Shown here: one piece after another, positions 34,523 through 41,934 of the stretch | Layout of the letters: each line of letters begins with the position of its first letter | How positions within the stretch are numbered: position 1 is the first letter of the stretch | Origin: a virus | Lineage: Duplodnaviria; Heunggongvirae; Uroviricota; Caudoviricetes | Strand: one strand, 5' to 3' | IMG/VR virus record: IMGVR_UViG_2541047821_000007 | Length of the DNA: 41,934 bases | Program-made: the position numbers and the translations under genes | The notes under the pieces: generated by a model | Told to the model about the DNA's origin: nothing | Database searches by the model: none | What the model saw: only the letters and a program-made list of their open reading frames with translations

Positions 34523-34774
34523 TTATTCTTCTGCAAAAGCAGAAAAGCCAGCTTTTATTCCGATCTCTTTCAATGCCTGTAATGAAGTGACAAACTCACC
34601 TTCGCGCAAGATAAATCCGTCCGTCACTCGGGCATCCACAAAATTAATTAACGCAGCCCCATTCTTTCGCAAACACATAATGCGGTAATGACTAACAAGA
34701 TTTCCATTTTCAACGCACACAGCATAGAGGCCATCTTCACAAAAAATTTTACGCAGTTCTTCGATGTTCATCAT
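34523..34774 (-). CDS. hypothetical 83-aa protein
   Basis: Double ATG with AAGGA 5 nt upstream; no recognised motif. Confidence 0.45.
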   Translation of the reverse strand: MMNIEELRKIFCEDGLYAVCVENGNLVSHYRIMCLRKNGAALINFVDARVTDGFILREGEFVTSLQALKEIGIKAGFSAFAEE

Positions 34775-34890
34775 CAGAATCCTTCCGGATAATTAGCTCT
34801 CCCCTTTAAGGGACCATCCCTCTTATCCCTGCGCGCTACTTAAGTATTTTTGATTCTATTCCGGCACCGTCCAGATCTTCAAACGCGTTG

Positions 34891-34922
34891 AAAATAAAAA
34901 CAAAAACCCGCCGAAGCGGGTT
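34891..34922 (-). terminator. intrinsic terminator downstream of hok
   Basis: AACCCGC-TTCG-GCGGGTT followed by TTTTGTTTTTATTTT on the minus strand. Confidence 0.65.
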
Positions 34923-34961
34923 AAGTGCGGGTGCGTTGAGGATGCCTGCCACATCAGAGGT

Positions 34962-34983
34962 GGCGAGGGATTTCTCCCTCGCC
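34962..34983 (-). promoter_or_regulatory. perfect palindrome stem-loop just after the hok stop
   Basis: GGCGAGGGA-TTTC-TCCCTCGCC. Confidence 0.5.
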
Positions 34984-34990
34984 GGGTCTC

Positions 34991-35146
34991 TTACTCCTCA
35001 GGTTCGTAAGCTGTGAAGACAGCGACCTCCGTCTGGCCGGTTCGGATTCGTACCTCGCAGAGGTCTTTCCTCGTTACCAGTGCCGTCACTATGACGGTTA
35101 AACAGATGACGATCAGGGCGATTAACATCGCCTTTTGCTGCTTCAT
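34991..35146 (-). CDS. hokD: Hok-family type I toxin
   Basis: 51 aa: MKQQKAMLIALIVICLTVIVTALVTRKDLCEVRIRTGQTEVAVFTAYEPEE; GGAG 9 nt upstream. Confidence 0.85.
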   Translation of the reverse strand: MKQQKAMLIALIVICLTVIVTALVTRKDLCEVRIRTGQTEVAVFTAYEPEE

Positions 35147-35361
35147 AGCCTGCTTCTCCTTGCCTTTCGGCTCGTAAGAGGCTAACCTACATGTGTCTAG
35201 CATGAAATTGGCCTCAGATTAATGTTAAGCGTCTTGCAGGACGCGTAATGTTAACTGGGGCTTTTCTCTATCTGCCTTTGGTGTTCATGCCCGAGGCAGA
35301 TAGCCTCAAGCACCCGCAGCCATTCTACTTAACTACCGTTACCTCGCCAATATGAAATCAG

Positions 35362-35565
35362 TCAGAAAGGCGATCCATAAGAACAATAGCAAGACAATAA
35401 ATCGCCATTACAGCCGTAATAGCCAGCGCACATTTGAGAACCAGCACCACAACCTCCTGTATTGGACGTAGACCAGTCCTGATGAATATGAGGCTGTCTC
35501 GTCAGTGATTCAATACAACTATTGGGTATAGTTTCTCTGATTTTTTCTGTGGAAATGGGGCACAA
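35362..35565 (-). CDS. hypothetical Cys/Gly-rich 67-aa ORF
   Basis: Track ORF only; 7 Cys and Gly-rich tail; no clear RBS. Confidence 0.2.
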   Translation of the reverse strand: MCPISTEKIRETIPNSCIESLTRQPHIHQDWSTSNTGGCGAGSQMCAGYYGCNGDLLSCYCSYGSPF

Positions 35566-35879
35566 CCACTAGTCACCACCAGCACTTCTTTTAATACGCA
35601 AAGTCCGACACAAGCTAACCTTCTAGTCCGCTTTGAGCGAAAAACAGCCATAATTTAGTGCCACGTATATAATGATAGAGCTATTCAAGCTAGCAATTCA
35701 CATGTAAAAATTCAGAGGGTAGAAGCACATAGTTATAAATGTTGGCTCCATCGACAAATTGCGGTCTCAAGTACATTTATTAATGTTGCCCCCGCATTAA
35801 CAAATCATCAAGGTGACGACATGGGGTGATGCTGCCAACTTACTGATTTAGTGTATGATGGTGTTTTTGAGGTGCTCCA

Positions 35880-36155
35880 GTGGCTTCTGTTTCTATCAGC
35901 TGTCCCTCCTGTTCAGCTACTGACGGGGTGGTGCGTAACGGCAAAAGCACCGCCGGACATCAGCGCTATCTCTGCTCTCACTGCCGTAAAACATGGCAAC
36001 TGCAGTTCACTTACACCGCTTCTCAACCCGGTACGCACCAGAAAATCATTGATATGGCCATGAATGGCGTTGGATGCCGGGCAACCGCCCGCATTATGGG
36101 CGTTGGCCTCAACACGATTTTCCGCCATTTAAAAAACTCAGGCCGCAGTCGGTAA
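35880..36155 (+). CDS. insA: IS1 InsA
   Basis: 91 aa, [46 protein letters not shown]... Confidence 0.95.
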   Translation: MASVSISCPSCSATDGVVRNGKSTAGHQRYLCSHCRKTWQLQFTYTASQPGTHQKIIDMAMNGVGCRATARIMGVGLNTIFRHLKNSGRSR

Positions 36156-36577
36156 CCTCGCGCATACAGCCGGGCAGTGACGTCATCGTCTGCGCGGAAA
36201 TGGACGAACAGTGGGGATACGTCGGGGCTAAATCGCGCCAGCGCTGGCTGTTTTACGCGTATGACAGGCTCCGGAAGACGGTTGTTGCGCACGTATTCGG
36301 TGAACGCACTATGGCGACGCTGGGGCGTCTTATGAGCCTGCTGTCACCCTTTGACGTGGTGATATGGATGACGGATGGCTGGCCGCTGTATGAATCCCGC
36401 CTGAAGGGAAAGCTGCACGTAATCAGCAAGCGATATACGCAGCGAATTGAGCGGCATAACCTGAATCTGAGGCAGCACCTGGCACGGCTGGGACGGAAGT
36501 CGCTGTCGTTCTCAAAATCGGTGGAGCTGCATGACAAAGTCATCGGGCATTATCTGAACATAAAACACTATCAATAA
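36074..36577 (+). CDS. insB: IS1 InsB (made as InsAB' by -1 frameshift at the A6C motif)
   Basis: 167-aa ORF overlapping insA; slippery TTAAAAAACTC at ~36124-36135. Confidence 0.9.
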   Translation: MPGNRPHYGRWPQHDFPPFKKLRPQSVTSRIQPGSDVIVCAEMDEQWGYVGAKSRQRWLFYAYDRLRKTVVAHVFGERTMATLGRLMSLLSPFDVVIWMTDGWPLYESRLKGKLHVISKRYTQRIERHNLNLRQHLARLGRKSLSFSKSVELHDKVIGHYLNIKHYQ

Positions 36578-36596
36578 GTTGGAGTCATTACCCGAC

Positions 36597-38384
36597 ATGG
36601 ACGATATTAATATCAGCCTCGACGAACTTAACACTATTGATTTATCCCCCTTAATCCAGAGTAAGCTGCCAGTTACCTGCTTTGATATCACAAAGTATCT
36701 TTCTAGCCTAGGTGATGGAAGAGCGGAGATAAGACTGCTAACCCATATTTGCGGTTTTCACTTTCGTCCCGAAAATCCACAGGTACCATTTGGTCCGTGC
36801 TTTCAAAGCAGCCAAGGTAGATCTGCAATTCCGGATGACATTAACGGGTTGTCGCTGGAGGTACTTTCTCAATTTTGCCCGACGATAGAGCTACCCGAAC
36901 TTCAAGCTCGTATTGCTGATACACTTTGGGTTCGTAAAATTGGTGGAATCCGTTTTCCTTTGCTGGCAGTCCGTGCTTATTATGCGTCCAGTATAGCTAT
37001 TATGACATCGCAAGGGACGTGGGTTAGTGCTTTAGAACGCCTAGAGCGTGCGCTTAGGCTGTGTTGTTTTTTTCGAAAGAATACTGATTTCAGGGATGAA
37101 TTTGATCAGCTTTCGGCACATCTACTAGCAGAGTATGAACGTACCAGAGAACAAGGCGATTCACCTTATCCGCTGCGACTCCTGCAACTCGATATCGACT
37201 GTAAAGTGAGTGAGCCATCTTTTATTGCCCAGGAACTCCTGTTTCTGACAAAAAACTATCTGGCTCAAAAATTATTTTCATTTGCCGTCGATGCCTGTAA
37301 AACCGCAATCACGATTGCGAATAGGTGCTGTGACAGAGATACACAGTTTGAATTCTGGCGGCTTCTTGCCGATACACATCTGGAAGAGTCAAAATTCCAA
37401 GATGGCGGTATGATTTCGGCAGCCTGCATGCAGAATGCTATTGAAGCACTGGCTAATATTCCAGGAACCCGAATAGAACGTCTTGCGCTGTATGAAGAAA
37501 TGCGTGATTACCAAATCGAATCCCGTCACCAGATGTCTATCCTTCAGTCTCCCCCTCAAGATATTAGTGAGATTGTCCATCAAGCCAAGAGTCGGGTAGT
37601 CGGAAGAGATATGTTTGATATGGTTTTCAGACTTGCGATGCTGGTCTGTCGGCCAACCAGCATTGAGAGACTTAAGGCTCAAGCAATAGAACAAAAGGCC
37701 AACAGCATAGCTTGGATGTTTGGATCAACACATATTGATCATGAGGGAATGACACTTGCTCGCATACCCGCAGGATTGGGGATTGATGATGCAAATGGGG
37801 CAGTTATTTGGCCCATAATGATGACGAGAATGCGTATCGACCATGAGTTGGCAGTAGCTGGGCAAATTATTCCTGCTACAGATGAGATCACAATGAAATA
37901 TCCAATCTCGGAGGCGTTTTTTCGCGATATGTTCATCAATCATCCCTTCATCCCGTTTGGGCATGAAGAGTTTTTCATCAAGGGTATGGTTTGCGGTTTC
38001 AATGGAGATTTTATGACGGCATGCCACGTGTTGATTCCCCAGATCGAAAATAGTCTGAGATATGTGGCTAAAATTAAAGGTGAGGAACCATCGCAGCTTC
38101 ACGGGGACGGTTCGCAAGAGCGAAATGGACTCAAGGGATTACTAGATAATCCACTGATTATTGAAGCTTTCGGCGTAGACATAATTGGCAATCTTCAGGC
38201 CTTACTGGTAGATAAAATCTATGGTGATTTACGAAATCAACTAGCTCACGGATATGTGCCTGCCGGTTACTACAATCAACCTCCCTGCATTTTTGCATGG
38301 TGGCTTGTATTGCACATTCTAATGAACCCTACGGCGAGATACTGGCAAGCCACTTATGGCCAAGAGAGTGAGGCTCAGACTTAA
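36597..38384 (+). CDS. 595-aa protein of unknown function with C-terminal HEPN-like R-x4-H motif; candidate abortive-infection/defence protein
   Basis: ATG 36597 lies inside the IS1 target duplication (track start is a TTG inside IS1); LRNQLAHG at 38232-38249; mostly helical composition, no Walker A; opposite strand to the early operon. Confidence 0.6.
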   Translation: MDDINISLDELNTIDLSPLIQSKLPVTCFDITKYLSSLGDGRAEIRLLTHICGFHFRPENPQVPFGPCFQSSQGRSAIPDDINGLSLEVLSQFCPTIELPELQARIADTLWVRKIGGIRFPLLAVRAYYASSIAIMTSQGTWVSALERLERALRLCCFFRKNTDFRDEFDQLSAHLLAEYERTREQGDSPYPLRLLQLDIDCKVSEPSFIAQELLFLTKNYLAQKLFSFAVDACKTAITIANRCCDRDTQFEFWRLLADTHLEESKFQDGGMISAACMQNAIEALANIPGTRIERLALYEEMRDYQIESRHQMSILQSPPQDISEIVHQAKSRVVGRDMFDMVFRLAMLVCRPTSIERLKAQAIEQKANSIAWMFGSTHIDHEGMTLARIPAGLGIDDANGAVIWPIMMTRMRIDHELAVAGQIIPATDEITMKYPISEAFFRDMFINHPFIPFGHEEFFIKGMVCGFNGDFMTACHVLIPQIENSLRYVAKIKGEEPSQLHGDGSQERNGLKGLLDNPLIIEAFGVDIIGNLQALLVDKIYGDLRNQLAHGYVPAGYYNQPPCIFAWWLVLHILMNPTARYWQATYGQESEAQT

Positions 38385-38602
38385 AGTGAATAAGTTTACG
38401 AAGTTGGCACTTCCGGATGCATGTCCATATGAGTTGAGGCGATTTGGTTAATAAGGTTGAGTGCTGCTGAAATTATTCGATGTCCGCTTTTGGCACAAAG
38501 CGGACAACCACGCCAGATCTACCCTGTGCCATGAAAAATGAGAATGTCAATTCACTCCTGAACTAATGCTTTTTAATCTAGTAACGTCTAAAATACCTAA
38601 CA

Positions 38603-39004
38603 TTATCCCTGATAAAATGCCAGTATGCGCTGCATAACTTCACTCATCCGGCACTCGCGACAGATTATGTTTAGGCGACTGTCGTAGCGACGTATTTCTC
38701 CATCAGGTAACGACCAGATAAGGTCCGGATCAACCACAGCTGTTTTCTTCACCTTTGCCCTCGAGAGTTTTTTGCGGGCGTTTTGCCAGTCCTTACGCGC
38801 CTGTTCAGACGGGAATAACCCGTAGCCGGAGTTGTATACATCGCCACTGGCTACCAGCTCTCTGGCAAGAACGCTCATCAGATATCTAGTCGCACCTGTT
38901 TTAGCTTCCAGTTGCCGTAACGTCTCACGACCGCTCTGGCGCACGAGTTCCACCACCTGCCCTTTAATTTTTTCCCGCTCTTCTTGTGTAAAAACTTTTG
39001 CCAC
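38603..39004 (-). CDS. hypothetical 133-aa protein downstream of the replication initiator
   Basis: Track ORF; basic central region; convergent with the 595-aa gene. Confidence 0.45.
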   Translation of the reverse strand: MAKVFTQEEREKIKGQVVELVRQSGRETLRQLEAKTGATRYLMSVLARELVASGDVYNSGYGLFPSEQARKDWQNARKKLSRAKVKKTAVVDPDLIWSLPDGEIRRYDSRLNIICRECRMSEVMQRILAFYQG

Positions 39005-39044
39005 AAGTCCCCCTTAAAATTACCTCATGACCTGAAATCAAAAC

Positions 39045-40010
39045 TTATCCTCTGAAACCAGGCGGAATTTCTGTATCCGGTTCAGAAATATGATTAACAC
39101 AACGCTGTACAGGTGAACGCCCCAGGCGGATGACCAGTTCGTCCCATTTTTCGCGGAGCTTTGACGGGCTCATGATGTTTTTTACCCAGAATGGATCCCG
39201 CTGTACCCGACCAAACATTTCACAAATTTGTCTGTGGCTTCTGCCATCCAGCATCCGCATTGTGCGCACATCATTGGCCCAGACAGTCCAGTTAGGCTCT
39301 TTTGGTCGCATGATCTCGCCATCATCACTGGCGGCCTGTTCGTAGAGACCCACGATCCGCCCCCATATCCACTGCGCACACGCCAGATCCTCCTGGCTAC
39401 CCCACTGGCGTTTTTTCGCACTAAACACAACTGCGCCAGGGTGCCGGATTAAAAAATCCTGTTCAGCCGTCTGCGGGTCCGGTTGCGAAGCTTCCGGACG
39501 AAAAGTGTTTTTATTCTCTGTAGTAATCTCTGTTGTATTCTCTGTAGGATCATCGGGCCATTTTGACCCGATGACATTGGGTCGTTTTGAACCAATGGAG
39601 CGTTTCATTTTGACCTCTTCCATCGTGTCATTTTGACCTGATGGAGCGGCGCATTTTGAACCGATGGATTCGCTCAATTTGCCATCATCTAAAAGCTCGC
39701 TTCCATAGTTAATCGTGTAGAAATTGGTCATATCGCGCTTTGATTTATTGAGCTTTTCACAACGCAAAAGCCCCAGCGTTTTCAGACTTGCAAACGCGCG
39801 CTTTAACGTTGACTCTGACCAGAATGGGAACTGTTCCAGCCATTGTTCCGTTGTGTTGTAAATCCAGCGAACACCATCACATTCCATGCCGGAATTGGTA
39901 TCTCTCAACCAGTAATGCAACTGCTGCAACACAATGGCTTCATTTAAGCCAATCTTCATCGCAAGCTGTGTGTTTATAACCAGTGGGCGTTCAGCAAAAA
40001 GAAGGCTCAT
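39045..40010 (-). CDS. replication initiator, phage O/DnaD-like, with internal origin iterons
   Basis: N-terminus MSLLFAERPLVINTQLAMKIGLNEAIVLQQLHYW typical of phage replication proteins; iterons inside the coding region; track start 40064 is TTG, ATG at 40010. Confidence 0.7.
   Translation of the reverse strand: MSLLFAERPLVINTQLAMKIGLNEAIVLQQLHYWLRDTNSGMECDGVRWIYNTTEQWLEQFPFWSESTLKRAFASLKTLGLLRCEKLNKSKRDMTNFYTINYGSELLDDGKLSESIGSKCAAPSGQNDTMEEVKMKRSIGSKRPNVIGSKWPDDPTENTTEITTENKNTFRPEASQPDPQTAEQDFLIRHPGAVVFSAKKRQWGSQEDLACAQWIWGRIVGLYEQAASDDGEIMRPKEPNWTVWANDVRTMRMLDGRSHRQICEMFGRVQRDPFWVKNIMSPSKLREKWDELVIRLGRSPVQRCVNHISEPDTEIPPGFRG
39559..39672. repeat. five iterons, consensus CATTTTGA(A/C)C(C/T)GATGG, 22-24 bp period (candidate ori)
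   Basis: Copies at 39560, 39584, 39608, 39630, 39653; encode repeated (S)IGSK in the protein; three TCTCTGT(A/T)G repeats at ~39514-39546. Confidence 0.7.
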
Positions 40011-40512
40011 AATTCCATCCAGCTTTTTGTTGGTATTGCTGTCGATACGCAAGTTTGAAAGCAATTGCTTTTTCTATAAGTTCGTCAGTTTCACGATCCA
40101 CTACGGCAGGATCAGCAAAAAGCAGTCCGGACTCCACCACATCGCCATATTCTTTGTTTAACCCGGCGATCATGTACGTGATGCTTTTTCCGTCACTAAT
40201 TTCACGATACAACCTGAAATCATTAATCCGGATAGCCTCCATAATTGCAGGCACTAGCGCCGTGAACTTTTCACGCTTATCCCTGGTGTCGATAGCCTTC
40301 CAGCGTTCGAATATCTTCACTCGATTAACGCCAAGCGCTCGCTGATCAACCGCGCCACCTTCATCTGTGACACGCTGAACATCGATGTTCGGGCGCTCTT
40401 TCAAAGCCCAGAATGCTTCAGTGATTAATATCGTCGCCTGCTCCTGTGTCATTCCTGGTCGACATATCCAGGCATCCAGAGCCTCACGAGCCTGTTCAGG
40501 AGTGATTTTCAT
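39991..40512 (-). CDS. YdaT-like early protein
   Basis: 173 aa; KIFERW...ALVPAI pattern resembles Rac YdaT; follows the Cro-like gene. Confidence 0.5.
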   Translation of the reverse strand: MKITPEQAREALDAWICRPGMTQEQATILITEAFWALKERPNIDVQRVTDEGGAVDQRALGVNRVKIFERWKAIDTRDKREKFTALVPAIMEAIRINDFRLYREISDGKSITYMIAGLNKEYGDVVESGLLFADPAVVDRETDELIEKAIAFKLAYRQQYQQKAGWNYEPSFC

Positions 40513-40723
40513 TGTTCAACCGCCCCGCCCGCTTCGTCTTACGATATTCGTCATAAACCTTGGGATCATACAGAAGCTCGCCGCCAGATGCCTCCTGTAG
40601 ACGCATCGCGCGACCTTCAGGAACCAGCTCTTGCCATTGAGAAACAGCAGATGGGTCAACGCCAGCAGCTTTCGCTACTTTGGCTTTCGTACCGTAAAAA
40701 TTAATTACGTCTGATTTAAACAT
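40496..40723 (-). CDS. dicC: DicC/YdaS-like Cro-type regulator
   Basis: ~75 aa from ATG 40723 (GGAGGTG SD); divergent from the repressor. Confidence 0.7.
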   Translation of the reverse strand: MFKSDVINFYGTKAKVAKAAGVDPSAVSQWQELVPEGRAMRLQEASGGELLYDPKVYDEYRKTKRAGRLNNENHS

Positions 40724-40735
40724 CGCACCTCCAGT

Positions 40736-40751
40736 ATTGAGTTTTCTCAAT
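40736..40751. promoter_or_regulatory. operator-like inverted repeat in the dicC-dicA intergenic region
   Basis: ATTGAG-TTTT-CTCAAT; the 11-mer AGTTTTCTCA(T) recurs at 41273-41285 and inverted at 41309-41319. Confidence 0.5.
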
Positions 40752-40800
40752 GCTAATCACTCAAGGAATCTCAAGTCAAGGGTTATTAAGATATCTAAAT

Positions 40801-41208
40801 ATGAACGAGAAAACTTTAGGTCAACGCATTAGAGAAAGACGTAAGCAGGTAGGTTTAAGTCAAAACGGTTTAAGCAAAGCTGCTGGCGTATCTGGCTCAT
40901 CAATTTCATTATGGGAAAGTGACCATACAGCCCCGCGCGGGCAAAATTTGCATCGCCTCGCCGAGGTATTGCAATGTTCACCAACCTGGATACTGTTTGG
41001 CGACGAGGACAAAACACCAGCTCCCCCTGTTTCACTCGATAGTGCCTTAGACTTATCGGAAGATGAGTTAGAGATGCTGCGTTTGTATCGCGCACTTCCT
41101 AAATCAGAGCAACAAGCACAACTCAGCGAACTCCGCGCCCGCGTTGAGAATTTTAATCGCCTGTTCACCGAGCTATTAGAGGCTCGCAAACGCAACAAGC
41201 ATCAATAA
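40801..41208 (+). CDS. dicA: DicA-like XRE-family repressor
   Basis: 135 aa from ATG 40801; HTH LSQNGLSKAAGVSGSSISLWE; VLQCSPTWILFGDEDK motif. Confidence 0.8.
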   Translation: MNEKTLGQRIRERRKQVGLSQNGLSKAAGVSGSSISLWESDHTAPRGQNLHRLAEVLQCSPTWILFGDEDKTPAPPVSLDSALDLSEDELEMLRLYRALPKSEQQAQLSELRARVENFNRLFTELLEARKRNKHQ

Positions 41209-41272
41209 TCATCCCTTCACAAAATTTTAAAGCCTTACATTTCAATGTATTGGCTTTATCTTGCGCCAATAC

Positions 41273-41324
41273 TTGAGTTTTCTCATCAAAAAGCCTTGAC
41301 GAAAAATAATGAGAAAACTAAATT
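41273..41324 (+). promoter_or_regulatory. candidate promoter with flanking operator half-sites for the ydfA-ydfB-ydfC operon
   Basis: TTGAGTTTTCTCA (41273-41285), -35 TTGACG (41296-41301), 17-nt spacer holding inverted copy ATGAGAAAACT (41309-41319), -10 TAAATT (41319-41324). Confidence 0.5.
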
Positions 41325-41400
41325 ACCTCCATCAACACACCGCACGGTGTTCTCAGCAAACAGTTCCGCTACCCCGGCGTTAAGGGGAAATGAGGTCAGC

Positions 41401-41556
41401 ATGGATACTATCGATCTTGGCAACAACGAATCTCTGGTGTACGGCGTGTTTCCAAACCAGGACGGCACGTTCACCGCAATGACGTATACCAAAAGCAAAA
41501 CGTTTAAAACCGAAAATGGTGCCCGTCGCTGGCTGGAAAGAAACTCAGGTGAGTGA
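41401..41556 (+). CDS. ydfA: YdfA-like small protein (51 aa)
   Basis: ATG 41401 with GAGGT SD. Confidence 0.6.
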   Translation: MDTIDLGNNESLVYGVFPNQDGTFTAMTYTKSKTFKTENGARRWLERNSGE

Positions 41557-41557
41557 T

Positions 41558-41686
41558 ATGGATTTCGACACAATCATGAAAAAGGCTTACGAAGAATACT
41601 TCGAAGGCCTTACCGAAGGCGAAGAAGCTCTCAGCTTCAGTGAGTTTAAACAGGCGCTTTCCAGCTCGGCAAAATCTAACGGCTGA
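41558..41686 (+). CDS. ydfB: YdfB-like small protein (42 aa)
   Basis: ATG 1 nt after the ydfA stop; not in track (<60 aa). Confidence 0.5.
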   Translation: MDFDTIMKKAYEEYFEGLTEGEEALSFSEFKQALSSSAKSNG

Positions 41687-41715
41687 TAAGCGAAGCAGCA
41701 CCGCGAGGAATCAGT

Positions 41716-41934
41716 ATGCAGAAACGAGAACCCGTCATCATCGCGCCAGACTATACCGATGATGAACTTTATGAGTGGATGCGCCAGAAAATTAATGCAG
41801 CGCAGGATCTGAAATGGGCCAATGAAGCCAGGGCTAAGCAGGCTGAAAATCTGTCCGCTCTGGAGCAGGATATCACCAGGCTGGAAAAAGCAGCGGCATT
41901 AAGCATTGCCAGAATGATTACATACCAGCGTTAA
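41716..41934 (+). CDS. ydfC: YdfC-like protein (72 aa)
   Basis: Complete ORF ending at the window edge with TAA; coiled-coil C-terminal half. Confidence 0.55.
   Translation: MQKREPVIIAPDYTDDELYEWMRQKINAAQDLKWANEARAKQAENLSALEQDITRLEKAAALSIARMITYQR

Larger units (their letters stand above)
35825..36592 (+). mobile_element. IS1 insertion sequence, complete 768 bp
   Basis: Ends GGTGATGCTGCCAACTTACTGAT ... TTGGAGTCATTACC; insA and insB intact; flanked by 8-bp direct repeat CGACATGG (35817-35824 and 36593-36600). Confidence 0.95.

Noticed and set aside
35147-35203. In-frame N-terminal extension of hok (MLDTCRLASYEPKGKEKQA)
   Set aside because: Hok toxins are ~50 aa and the internal ATG has the RBS; the extension more likely belongs to leader/regulatory sequence.
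36579-36596. Track start (TTG) of the 601-aa ORF inside the IS1 right end
   Set aside because: The first ATG (36597) lies within the target duplication and the left copy retains the native SD, so the IS1-internal codons are a read-through artefact.
39514-39672. Possible CRISPR array suggested by short direct repeats
   Set aside because: Repeats are 15-16 bp, degenerate, at a 22-24 bp period inside a coding region: iterons, not CRISPR. No CRISPR array seen anywhere in the window.

Overview
This window reads as the junction and right arm of a lambdoid prophage of the E. coli Qin/Rac type, inserted in the MFS transporter gene ydfJ (bases 1-1284, N-terminally truncated). All assignments are by reading the supplied translations and the DNA; no database search was run. 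On the minus strand, from high to low coordinate, lies a complete lambda-order morphogenesis block: small and large terminase, W-like connector, portal, a ClpP-type protease/capsid fusion, FI- and FII-position proteins, Z, U, V, G/G-T (programmed -1 frameshift), tape measure H, M, L, K, I, J, the lom moron, side tail fibre and Tfa, ending next to the serine invertase pinQ and ydfK. Upstream of the head genes are a candidate cos region, small morons (ydfO, gnsB, cspI), a phage-21-type lysis cassette (pinholin, ydfR, SAR endolysin, Rz with embedded Rz1), cspB/cspF, a pR'-tR' late promoter unit, the Q antiterminator, ydfU, rem and a hokD-type toxin. The high-coordinate end carries the early/immunity region: dicA-like repressor divergent from dicC-like, ydfA-ydfB-ydfC, a YdaT-like gene and an O-like replication initiator with five internal iterons. 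The most interesting locus is a 595-aa protein of unknown function on the opposite strand (36597-38384) with a C-terminal HEPN-like R-x4-H motif, a candidate abortive-infection/defence gene; an intact IS1 with an 8-bp target duplication has inserted exactly at its start codon. Coordinates I derived myself (hairpins, small ORFs, motifs) may be off by a base or two; ORF ends taken from the track are exact.
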